Assembly: GCA_950097015.1 (NCBI GenBank)
Contig: CATNEN010000030.1
Coordinates: forward strand, 682,001 to 746,000
Direction: 5' to 3'
From: Macrostomum hystrix
Lineage: Eukaryota > Animalia > Platyhelminthes
DNA: 64,000 nt
Shown here in pieces: positions 1-12,300 of this stretch. The position numbers and the translations under genes were made by a program. The first letter of the stretch is position 1. Each line of letters begins with the position of its first letter. Under the pieces are notes generated by a model. The model was not told the origin of the DNA. It made no database searches and saw nothing but the letters and a program-made list of their open reading frames with translations.

Positions 1-803
1 GGAGGAATAGAATGGATTGCTAGCCTAGCCTCTCAGTGGATGATGGAGGAATAGAATGGATTGCTAGCCTAGCCTCTCAGTGGATGATGGAGGGATAGAA
101 TGGATTGCTAGCCTAGCCTCTCAGTGGATGAGGGAGGAATAGAATGGATTGCTAGCCTCTCAGTGGATGATGGAGGAATAGAATGGATTGCTAGCCTAGC
201 CTCTCAGTGGATGCAGGAGGAATAGAATGGATTGCTAGCCTAGCCTCTCAGTGGATGCAGGAGGAATGGAATGGATTGCTAGCCTCTCAGTGGATGATGG
301 AGGAATAGAATGGATTGCTAGCCTAGCCTCTCAGTGGATGAGGGAGGAATAGAATGGACTGCTAGCCTAGCCTCTCAGTGGATGAGGGAGGAATAGAATG
401 GACTGCTAGCCTAGCCTCTCAGTGGATGATGGAGGAATAGAATGGATTGCTAGCCTAGCCTCTCAGTGGATTATGAAGGGATAGAATGGATTGCTAGCCT
501 AGCCTCTCAGTGGATGATGGAGGAATAGAATGGATTGCTAGCCTAGCCTCTCAGTGGATGATGGAGGGATAGAATGGATTGCTAGCCTAGCCTCTCAGTG
601 GATGCAGGAGGAATAGAATGGATTGCTAGCCTAGCCTCTCAGTGGATGCAGGAGGAATAGAATGGATTGCTAGCCTAGCCTCTCAGTGGATGATGGAGGA
701 ATAGAATGGATTGCTAGCCTAGCGTCTCAGTAGATGATGGAGGAATAGAATGGATTGCTAGCCTAGCCTCTCAGTGGATGATGATGGGATAGAATGGATT
801 GCT
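1..803. repeat. 44-bp minisatellite array (GGAGGAATAGAATGGATTGCTAGCCTAGCCTCTCAGTGGATGAT), truncated by window start
   Basis: Direct tandem repetition; some units lack one TAGCC (39 bp); no unique spacers. Confidence 0.97.
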
Positions 804-1845
804 TGTCCATCCCATAAACGAGTGTGCAGAATCTGAGTTGTATTCTATGTCACAAAAATTTAATCCTATAACTGGATGTCAGGTCGGAATCCAGTAACGG
901 CTAAAGGTGTACCGGAACGTAACAGATGCTAAAGAATAATTGGGGAAGGGCAGGAGGAGATCGAGATGGAAGCGATGCGAATGGCCTGCAGCACACGGGC
1001 CCGACCCCCTTTTTTGAGGGCCTAAAAATCCCGGCCTCTCAGCCTTACGGAATGGTTCACCTGGGGGTGTGTGAGGAACTTTCCCCCTACCCCAAAAAAG
1101 CCTCTACTTCTTCCCCCTTCTTTCCCAAAATCGCCTTTCCCCAATTCCTGTCCCATATTTCTCACTCCAGTAGTAAAATTCCCCGACTGCCGCAGTCCAC
1201 TGGAGGTCCGCATTTAGCTCCAATTTTCACCCTAAAATCGCGCGCCACCCCCGCTGTCACCTTTTGCCTGTTTTCCGGCTCCGGCGAAGTTTCCTGAAGT
1301 GAATAAAATTTCCCTTTAGGTGGAACTCAGAGCCAGGTTTTATTAACTTGCCCTTGTCCGCGTGAATCCAGAAGTCTAGTATCTTTGTCTATTTAAAAGA
1401 CCAACTGGTTTGCGCCACATCGCTATCAATGTTGCGACAAGCTTCTAGTTGAAGCTAAGTCAAGTTCTTGGTTTCAAGCTTCTAAATGCCTGAGTGCTAA
1501 ACTTCTGCAGTGGAAGGTAGGCATCCCGTTGTGACGAAAAACCTTCAAATTTCTGGTTTGGCCTTTTTTTGTTCAGACGCTGGAGGCGACAGTTGCATCA
1601 AGAAATTATCGACCGTTCTCTTTTATGTTCCGCTCAAGGCTCGAATTTCCTGAATAATAGGACTTTAAATTTGGATCGGATTTCTCGATATTTCGCTTAT
1701 TGTCAAACGGTTGCTGTGCGTCGTCTGATCGTTTGAGCTCTCGGCGGTCACTTGTCATTAGCTTTGGATAACTTAATTGGAAAAAGCTTAGCTTAATCTG
1801 GTAAAAAAGATCGTTACAACAAATCTGCAGCTAAAATTGCCACAG

Positions 1846-3215
1846 GGATCATTTCCTAGAATTGCAGGAGGATGATTACCTAGAATCGCAGGAGGATGAT
1901 TACTTAGAATCGCAGGAGGATGATTACCTAGAATCGCAGGAGGATGATTACCTAGAATCGCAGGAGGATGATTACCTAGAATCGCAGGAGGATGATTACC
2001 TAGAATCGCAGGAGGATCCTTAGATGGAATCGCAGGAGGATCCGTAGCTGGAATCACTGGAAGATCCTTAGCTGGAATCACTGGAGGATCCATAGCTGGA
2101 ATCACTGGAGGATCCTTAGCTGGAATCACTGGAGGATCCTTAGCTGGAATCACTGGAGGATCCTTAGCTGGAATCACTGGAGGATCCTTAGCTGGAATCA
2201 CTGGAGGATCCTTAGCTGGAATCACTGGAGGATCCTTAGATGGAATCGCAGGAGGATCCGTAGCTGGAATCACTGGAGGATCCGTAGCTGGAATCACTGG
2301 AGGATCCATAGCTGGAATCACTGGAGGATCCTTAGCTGGAATCACTGGAGGATCCTTAGCTGGAATCACTGGAGGATCCTTAGCTGGAATCACTGGAGGA
2401 TCCTTAGCTGGAATCACTGGAGGATCCATAGCTGGAATCACTGGAGGATCCTTAGATGGAATCGCAGGAGAATCCTTAGCTGGAATCACTGGAGGATCCT
2501 TAGCTGGAATCACTGGAGGATCCTTAGATGGAATCGCAGGAGAATCCTTAGCTGGAATCGCAGGAGAATCCTTAGCTGGAATCGCAGGAGGAGCCATAGT
2601 TGGAATCGCAGGATGATCCGTAGCTGGAATCACTTGAGGATCCTTAGATGGAATCGCAGGATGATCCGTAGCTGGAATCACTTGAGGATCCTTAGATGGA
2701 ATCGCAGGATGATCCGTAGCTGGAATCACTTGAGGATCCTTAGATGGAATCGCAGGAGGATCCTTAGCTGGAATCACTGGAGGATCCTTAGCTGGAATCA
2801 CTTGAGGATCCTTAGATGGAATCGCAGGAGAATCCTTAGCTGGAATCGCAGGAGAATCCTTAGCTGGAATCGCAGGAGGAGCCATAGTTGGAATCGCAGG
2901 ATGATCCGTAGCTGGAATCACTTGAGGATCCTTAGATGGAATCGCAGGAGAATCCTTAGCTGGAATCGCAGGAGAATCCTTAGCTGGAATCACTTGAGGA
3001 TCCTTTGATGGAATCGCAGGAGAATCCTTAGCTGGAATCGCAGGAGAATCCTTAGCTGGAATCGCAGGAGGAGCCATAGTTGGAATCGCAGGATGATCCG
3101 TAGCTGGAATCGCAGGCGGATCCTTTGATGGAATCGCAGGAGGACCATTAGCAGAAATTGCAAGAGGATTCATAGCTAGAGTCGCAGTTAGACTTATTGC
3201 TAGAATCGCAACAGA
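1846..3215. repeat. 24-bp minisatellite (GGAGGATCCTTAGCTGGAATCGCA family), array A
   Basis: Tandem 24-mers; the 461-aa minus-strand ORF with an 8-aa period is a by-product. Confidence 0.95.
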
Positions 3216-3399
3216 ATTGGTAGCTGAAATTGCCCAGGTAACATGGCTGGAATCGCAGCAAAGTAATTTACAGTATTGATGCCACGGATTCTTAAGTGAT
3301 TATATGTAAATATCCTGATACGATTGTAGCTACGGATTGCACAGAGCAGGAACAGTCTGAGGAACAGCAGAAATTCACCCTAGGCAACCGCACCCGCAG

Positions 3400-6300
3400 G
3401 ATGACAGCCCTTCACCAGGCGGCCTTCAGTGGCAATGTGCCGATGATGCAGGTACTGCTGGACCACGGAGCCATGGTTGATCTGCGCGATGCTAGAGGTG
3501 GGTGCGGGTGAGAAAAGTGTGTTTGTCTTTAAACAACTTATTTAACAGTAGAAAGACGAAACTATTTTCTCTCTGGGCGAAAGTCACCGGGGGTATTTCA
3601 AACACCCACTCCCTACTTCACGATAGCTCCCAAACCGAATGACCGATTTTCGTGAAAGCCAAAAATTCGGATCAAAATTTACCGAGGATCCTTAGCTGGA
3701 ATCGCAGGAGGATCCCTAGCTGGAAACGCAGGAGGATCATTAGTTGGAATCGCAGGAGGATTCGTAGCTGGAATCGCAAGAGGATCAGTAGCTGGAATCG
3801 GAGGAGGATCTGTAGCTGGAATCGCAGGAGGATCATTAGTTGGAATCGCAGGAGGATCATTAGTTGGAATCGCAGGAGGATCCGTAGCTGGAATCGCAGG
3901 AGGATCATTAGTTGGAATCGCAGGAGGATCCGTAGCTGGAATCGCAGGAGGATCATTAGTTGGAATCGCAGGAGGATCATTAGCTGGAATCGCAGGAGGA
4001 TCTGTAGCTGTAATCGCAGGAGGATCCGTAGCTGGAAACGCAGGAGGATCATTAGTTGGAATCGCAGGAGGATCATTAGCTGGAATCGCAGGAGGATCAT
4101 TAGTTGGAATCGCAGGAGGATTCTTAGCTGGTTTATGATGAACTAGTTTTCAAAGTCGCACGAGTCTGCGTCATCGAGACATTCAGCTATTCTTGTCGAA
4201 GACCCTGGCGACAAGAACAAGTATTATTTCTCGTTATTAAACTTCAATGGCGAGTCCAAATCGGTTCCAAAAATAGAATAAATAACTTTTTCATCAATCC
4301 AAACTAGTTAACAATAACAGCCTACATGGTTAAATGTTGACATTTTGCGAGCATTAAAAATAAGCTTATATTTGTGGTTCTTGCCACTAAATACTTCGGC
4401 GAGAATCGTTGAATATCTCGACGGTGCCGATGTTTTGTAATTCTGGTAAGTTGTTTCATCGCATAGTTTTCGCCCATGTTCTGAATTCTTATGGCTGGCC
4501 ATAGGTTGAATATTTTGGGAGAAACATAACAAAATGTGGGTTTTTGAAATATCCCCCCTGGTCTTTCAACTGTTGAAGTAACATGTTTCTAAGAAAACAA
4601 GCAAACAACGGCGTTCGCAGGCCTCCGCCCGTTGCACGTGGCCAGCTATCAGGGCCACAGCGAAGCGGTCAGCCTGCTACTCAAGCGCGGCAGCCATGCG
4701 GATTTGACGGCCTGCGGCGGTTTGAGTCCGCTGCATCTGGCCTGCCAGGCGGGCCACTACGAAATTGTGAGACTGCTCTGCTCTTGTGCAGCAATTTGAT
4801 GTGCGTTCTTTTCACAACAGGCTTTCAGACCGAGAGGTCCTGAGTTCGAATCCTTGAGCAGGAAATTAAATCACCCAATGCAACAGTTTACAATGCTATT
4901 AAATGGGTACCAGCGTGAGCTGGGGTAGACATTTGGGTGGGCTGAGGCGCCCTTCAGTTCATGAAACTGAACAGTTTTTCACTGCCCTAAGAACCGGTTC
5001 GAAATTATGGCTGTATCTAAGTTACCTAGTTGTCTTTGAGTATCTATCATTTGTTTGAATCGCATGATTGATCATTAGTTGGAATCCCAGGAGGATCAGT
5101 AGCTGGAATCGCAGGAGGATCCTTAGCTAGAATCGTAGGAGGATCCTTAGCTGGAATCGCAGGAGGATTAGTAGCTGGAATCGGAGGAGGATCCTTAGCT
5201 GGAATCGCAGGAGGATCTGTAGTTGGAATCGCAGGAGGATCAGTAGCTGGAATCGCAGGAGGATTAGTAGCTGGAATCACTGGAGGATCCTTAGCTGGAA
5301 TCGCTGGAGGATCTGTAGTTGGAATCGCAGGAGGATCAGTAGCTGGAATCGCAGGAGGATCAGTAGCTGGGATCGCAGGAGGATCAGTAGCTGGAATCGC
5401 AAAAGGATCCGTAGCTGGAATCGCAGGAGGATCCTTAGCTGGAATCACAGGAGGATCCTTAGCTGGAATCGCAGGAGGATTAGTAGCTGGAATCGGAGGA
5501 GGATCCTTAGCTGGAATCGCAGGAGGATCTGTAGTTGGAATCGCAGGAGGATCAGTAGCTGGAATCGCAAAAGGATCCGTAGCTGGAATCGCAGGAGGAT
5601 CCTTAGTTGGAATCGCAGGAGGATCTGTAGTTGGAATCGCAGGAGAATCAGTAGCTGGAATCGCAGGAGGATCAGTAGCTGGAATCGCAGGAGGATCAGT
5701 AGCTGGAATCCCAGGAGGATCAGTAGCTGGAATCGCAGGAGGATCCTTAGCTAGAATCGCAGGAGGATTAGTAGCTGGAATCGGAGGAGGATCCTTAGCT
5801 GGAATCGCAGGAGGATCTGTAGTTGGAATCGCAGGAGAATCAGTAGCTGGAATCGCAGGAGGATCAGTAGCTGGAATCGCAGGAGGATCAGTAGCTGGGA
5901 TCGCAGGAGGATCATTAGTTGGAATTGCAGCAGGATCCTTTGTTGGAATCGCAGGAGGATCAGTAGCTGGAATCGCAGGAGGATCAGTAGCTGGAATCGC
6001 AGGAGGATCAGTAGCTGGAATCGCAGGAGGATCCTTAGCTGGAATCGCAGGAGGATCCTTAGCTGGAATCGCAGGAGGATTGGTAGCTGGAATCGGAGGA
6101 GGATCCTTAGCTGGAATCGCAGGAGGATCTGTAGTTGGAATCGCAGGAGGATCAGTAGCTGGAATCGCAGGAGGATCAGTAGCTGGAATCGCAGGAGGAT
6201 CAGTAGCTGGAATCGCAGGAGGATCATTAGTTGGAATTGCAGCAGGATCCTTTGTTGGAATCGCAGGAGGATCCTTTGCTGGAATCGCAGGAGGATCAGT

Positions 6301-9300
6301 AGCTGGAATCGGAGGAGGATCCTTAGCTGGAATAGCAGGAGGATCTATTAGCTGGAATCGCAGGAGGATCCTTAGCTGGAATCGCAGGAGGATCCTTAGC
6401 TAGAATCGCAGCTATTTCGCAATGCTTTCAAAAGCTGTGTACAGCTGTTCAGTCCATGTACCGTGGAGGCAGCTAAAATCTGCTGAATTTCTACCCTAAT
6501 TAAAGCTGGTAGCTGGGTGAAATGAAGCAAAATGAAATTAAGTTTCGTGTCAAGGACAGAAATTTCCACCATCGGGCTGAGAATCGAACTCCTAACGTCT
6601 CTAACCACTGGGCTACAAACTGCTTGGGCAACTTTTTAGAACCGAGTTTTTATCCCCATTTTTAATGCAAATAAGAATAAGATGGAAGAATCAAGTTTTC
6701 CAAGTCAATAAATTATTCAATCTGAACCAGAATTCTGCGCAATACACTAGTAAAACAATGCAGTCATTATTTAATGACTCATTCCATAATCCTTAGATTT
6801 TTTTAACTTTTTTAAACACGGATAACTTGCGTATCTTGCAATCATATTTTCATAATGTTTGAAAATGTAGAGAATTTATTCAGATTTTTTATAAAACAAA
6901 CTTTCTGAAAATCTGTTGCAAGATACGCAAATTATCAGTGTTTTTCTTCAAATGGTGCATCAGAATATTCGCCAGTCAGCCAGTCAGCCTACACTGCCTC
7001 TCCAGTTTCTAGATTCCGAGCTCCGTGATTAAGCATGCGTCCTTCATTGGACAGATTTGTGCAGATTAGTGCCCCTGAACTGCTGCGGCAGAGAGAGAGA
7101 GAGATAGGAGCTGGGAACAGCAGATAGTGGTGCAAAAGGTAAATAGACAATATGGACTATAAACCGACTAGAACGACTTCTACTTCGGGACTCTAAATAT
7201 AGGACCTATTTGGTATGGTTCAAACTTTATCTATACGGTGATGATCATCATCGGGCTGTGGCCATTTTATTTTACTTGCACTGTGCCATTTGCGTGCGGA
7301 CAAGTTGCGATAGCTGTCGGCATATTGGGAAATCTGCGGCATGACCCTGTTGACACTGAACCTGTCACTCCCCTTTTCTACCTCTCCTCCTGCCAAATCC
7401 TCATCTATCATCCCGCGCCAGATTATCGTAGGGAGAAATTCGTAGAGTACGCTTCTACCAATTGTCTGTTTGTTTATCCCTGTGGGCTGTTTTATGCCTC
7501 TGGGCTGCAGGTTTTCGACTAGTTTTTATTATTACAAAAATGACTTTGTTGATAGCAAAATGTTGGCAGACATTGCTTCGCTGCATTTATTAATCCTGCT
7601 TGTACTTCACAGTGGCAGTAGAAATTTACTCATTCAAAGACAGCGATTGCTGATTTATCTAAGCAGAAGTTAACAGAAGAAACTACCAAGGGGGAGAATT
7701 TCCTCCCCAAGATAATTTTTTGTGCTGCACCCGAACGGAGCAACGCAAGCACGCGAAACTCAAGAACACGGGCCCCAACTTTTTGTTGCGCATCTTCTGA
7801 AACAAGAATCAAGTCGCCAGCTCTTCAGACCGTCGAGATATTCAATGTTTCTGGCCGAAGGTCCGATTTTTCCCATAAGAGCTAGTGTATTTCATACGCA
7901 TTGCTGATGGCAGGAATTCGAGTTCGAGTGTTTGTAAAAGTAATTTACAGAAATCAATTTACGGGTTGACCCCTTGACCTGGGACTTTTCTTAGATTATA
8001 AGAAAAAAATAGTATTTTTAGAGAGCAAATCTAGTACTTTAGTCGTATAATTTTCCTGGAGCAGAACCCTTTGCTACTTCATCAGCGGTTTGGCATTTCG
8101 ATGCGTTAGCGGGCAAATATTTCCAATCTCTGCCTAAAATCCCCAGGCTGAACTCCATTCGGAATGAAGGGATTTGGATTGAGGATCTGGGATCTGTTCG
8201 TTGGGACTGCTGCAGCCAGACTGAATTTCCCCACTTCTGCAAACTGAAAAATGCAAATTACCCAGTTAGAAAAGTTCATGAGGGATAAGTCCACCATAAT
8301 TGCTTAGATTGCTACTATCCGTAGAAAGTAACGCATATTTGTCTTTTCATTTTTCGGCGCGCAGGTGAAGCAGTTGCTGTGCAGCAATGCAGATCCGATG
8401 CTTCGCACTGAGGACGGCCGCACCGCTTTTGATGTGGCCTGCGAGTTTGGCAGATTCGCTGTGAGATTTCAGCTTCATTTAGAGCTATTCATTCCACGCC
8501 CTTCGCCTTTCATTACCCAACCTTCGCCTTTCATTACCCAACCTTCGCCTTTCATTACCCAACATTCGCCTTTCATTACCCAACCTTCGCCTTTCATTAC
8601 CCAACATTCGCCTTTCATTACCCAACATTCGCCTTTCATTACCCAACCTTCGCCTTTCATTACCCATCCTTCGCCATTCATTACCCATACTTCGCCATTC
8701 ATTCCACAACCTTCGCCATTCATTCCACAACCTTCACCATTCATTACCCATCCTTCGCCATTCATTTCACATCCTTCGCCATTCATTTCACATCCTTCAC
8801 CATTCATTCCAAGTCCTTCGCCATTCATTCCACAACCTTCACCATTCATTACCCATCCTTCGCCATTCATTTCACATCCTTCGCCATTCATTTCACATCC
8901 TTCGCCATTCATTCCAAGTCCTTCGCCATTCATTTCACATCCTGCGCCATTCATTCCTCATCCTTTACCTTTCCTCCCCAAACACCCCGCAGATCGCCCA
9001 GCTGCTGTTATCGCTGAAATCTGTCTCCGGCTTGCTGTACGAAGATCTGGAGGCTGCACAGTCGAATCAGTCGCAGTCGTGCTTCCATCTGGCTGCCAAG
9101 AATGGTCACGTTGATGTGCTCAGGTAAATTTCCAGTGTGCATCAGTTCTAATTTTGGGTCGGAATTCTAGACACGGTAAAGCTGTCTGGAGCTTGGGGTC
9201 ATAAATTACAGAGCATCTACTTAACCTGTCAAATATATAGTCAATATATCAAAAAAATGCGAGCCCCAGTGCCTGGCAGTATGCACATTTAGTTCAAGTT

Positions 9301-12300
9301 TGAGCTCGGCTAGACTAAATTAACTTTCCTTGGCTAATCTCTGTCTTCATTTTCTAAACTGTGCTCAATTATATATAGCCGTGCTATCAACTGGGAAGAG
9401 ACCGATGAGGCGTAGGTGGGGTGGGCTGTGATTGATTGACGCGCTTTGGTTAGAGACAGGCAGCCTGGGGGGGACGGAAAAGGTAGGAGATAGGATTTTT
9501 TTCGAATGGGGATCCCCCCTACTAATCCCTCCGCAGACTGCTGCTAACCCAGCCTGGAGTCAATACCGACCGCATGACCGAGCAAGGCACCTGCCTGCAC
9601 TTAGCTGCCATTCACGGTCAGCTTGAAGCCGTTAAATTTCTACTCGAGGTGAGTTTTTTGAGTTGAAAGCCTTAAAATTAATTCGATGTTTGATACCAAA
9701 TGCCTGCAGATAACAGAATCTTTTTATTGATCGGGATTAACCGGTGTCTTTTACTACTGGGCACCCCTACCCGGTGGTAACAGGTGTTTTTTGATACTGG
9801 GTACCATCTACCTGGTAATAACAAATGCCTTTCGCTACTGGGTACCCCCTTCCCGGGTGAAAGTTTCTAAGTAATCAATTTTCTGGCCGCTGCCAAAACC
9901 AACTTTATTTTCATTATTCTCTCGGGCATTGAGTTAGTATAAGATACGAGCTGTGGCTGTGAGCACACTTCAGAGTGGACTCAAAAGCACTACACAGCAA
10001 TGGAAAGCAGGGAGAGGTCGAGCTCACTTTCGTTGCTACTTTGTCCTTAGCAACTCCTGCTTTGCTGGCCTCACCCTGGATGACCCCGCAGCGATGCCCA
10101 GTTACTGAGTGTGGTATAGCTTTGAATACACTGGCAGTAAGTAGTTGCCAACCATTTGGCTCGGGGGCTTGTTTCTGATGTAGGCCAGTTAAAAAGTGGC
10201 CTTCTATCGTTTGCTTTCACTCACTCTTCCTCTTTCATCCCATCCATTCTATTTACTATTCTGTCCTCTCCCTACTTACCCCATTAAGTCTCTACCCAAT
10301 GGTCTACTTCGTAGATGCAGCTGCTGCGACCAAATTTAATGCTTTTGGCCTTGGAAGACTGAATTTGGCCGTTTTGACGTGGTCGCATTTTTTTCTATGA
10401 ATTGCGAAATTCCCACCGAGGTTGAAGTTGTTTAATAGGTTTCATATTACTTTGTCATCCGCTTGCTGAAATTAGATGAAGCTTGGGGTCTTTCAATACG
10501 AGGGACAATGTACATGTACAATACGATGTACATTCCCTGCGCCTCACACACAGGGGGGGCAAAACTTGCTAGTTCATTCTCTAATTTCCGTGGCTAGAAC
10601 TTAAACTGGCCTATAGAAATAAACTCATATAAGCCTTAGCTAGAATACAGACGATGAAATGACCGTAAGCCACTAGCAGCCTTATCTAGTCATGCCCATG
10701 CTAACTAGCCCACAATTATTACTGCAACTTCCTTTCCATGTTTGCTTTGAATGCGCATTCAAATAGAAGGGCCGGATGTTTGCTCTGACTGTTTTGTTCG
10801 TTTGCAGCGATGGCTGATTTGAGTACCATTTGTAAATCTACTTTCCTCTACCAACAATTATCATTTCAGTGTTGCAAATTTGCTTTTACATTTGTTCGCA
10901 TAGTAAACTCCATTATTATTCATTTTATTCCATGGTTTGATGGCTTAGATAAGCATCTAAAGATTATGGTATACATCCTTGGGACAGGACCGCTTCTAAA
11001 ATTAATAAAAAAGTTAGAGCAGTTGATTCAGAGGAGAGAGGTGGATAATGGGGAGAAAAGTAGGAGAGAGGAGAGAAGTAGATAAAGAGTAGAGTGGTGG
11101 ATAATAGTAGAGATAGACTAAGGTGAGAGATAGAGGGAATTGGGACAGAAGTAGAGAAAGCGGAGATATACAAGCTTAGATAAAGAGAAGAGCGGTAGAT
11201 GAAGGGGGAGAGATAAAGAGGGGAGAGGTATACAAAGCGCAAAGAAGTAGATAAAAGAGAGAAGTAGACAGATGAATGAGATGTAGATAATGGGGCGAAA
11301 AGTTAATTTCACCAGAGACAAGTAGAGAGATGAGACACCTGACGAAAGTGAAAAGTAAAAAAGGGTTGAGAAATGTATAGAAGGGACAGAAGTGAAAATC
11401 TATGACTATTGATTTATCCGTTAAACTTCAGTCTGGGGTAATTGCTGATTGTTGGTCAGTTTCCAGGAATATCTAAACCAGTAGACTTCAGGCTGCTCCA
11501 AATACCTCTGGGGGGGGAGTCAGAACACTGAAAGCTTATTGATTAGTCTCAGGGCCTCCATCCAGGCCCAGACTCCGGAGTCTCATTCTTCATCACATGA
11601 TTTGAGCTGTGAGTCATTCTCAGTTGTAGGCTGGGGTGGAAGAGCGTGTCTTGTCCTGCCCCCCACCGTCGAACGCCGCTTCCTCAAACTCAATTCCCAC
11701 CTGGAATTGGCGTGGGGTAGCTCTCAAATGGAGCTGTGAGTTTGGGGGATCTGGGCGTTGGGAGAATTTTGGTAGGGGAACGGTGGAAGTTTTTTCCATA
11801 GCGCTAAAGGCTAAAGCCTCCAAAACATTCGCTGTGTCCCAATCTTCCGTTCCCCGCCCTTGGAGAGGATGACGCACAGTTCAGGAGCTAATATCCCCTC
11901 TTTGGCTGAGCCGGTTCCCCAACCAGCTGTTACGTAATGGAAACTGACGCAGTTTTATATGCGCCACGTACGGCCTGGCGGCCTGCAGGCTCCCTAGTGG
12001 CGGGCCAGAAGTAAGTGGACTGGATTAACGAATAGGGGAATTCTCGCCCCAAAACCGCCCACCCCGCCCTTAAGCTCTGACTCTTTATCTACGAGTGTAT
12101 GCGCGCACCGGCGCTATCTGATCCCCTGATTGTAATAAATTTCCCCGCATTCCTCTGCCGTGGAACTCACTACAGTTGGGCGTTGATCCCACATTGGAGA
12201 ATAGCTTCGGCCAGACTGCCAAGGACGCCATCAGCCGAGAGACGCCCAACGGCAAGGAGCTGCAGCACCTGCTGTCTGGTGAGCCCTTCTTAAATTAGGC

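Noticed and set aside
1-803. CRISPR-like regular repeats here and in other arrays
   Set aside because: Units are directly tandem with no unique spacers, no cas genes, and the context is eukaryotic.
926-1297. 123-aa ORF as the first Caskin exon
   Set aside because: No ankyrin or Caskin N-terminal motif and no phase-compatible donor identified.
1788-6403. Long Pro-rich or periodic ORFs (461 aa and others); likewise those at 8365-9114, 14262-15512, 21859-22587, 47467-48068, 56179-56898 and 61990-62190
   Set aside because: Translations of minisatellites whose peptide period simply follows the unit length; they lie in introns or intergenic DNA.
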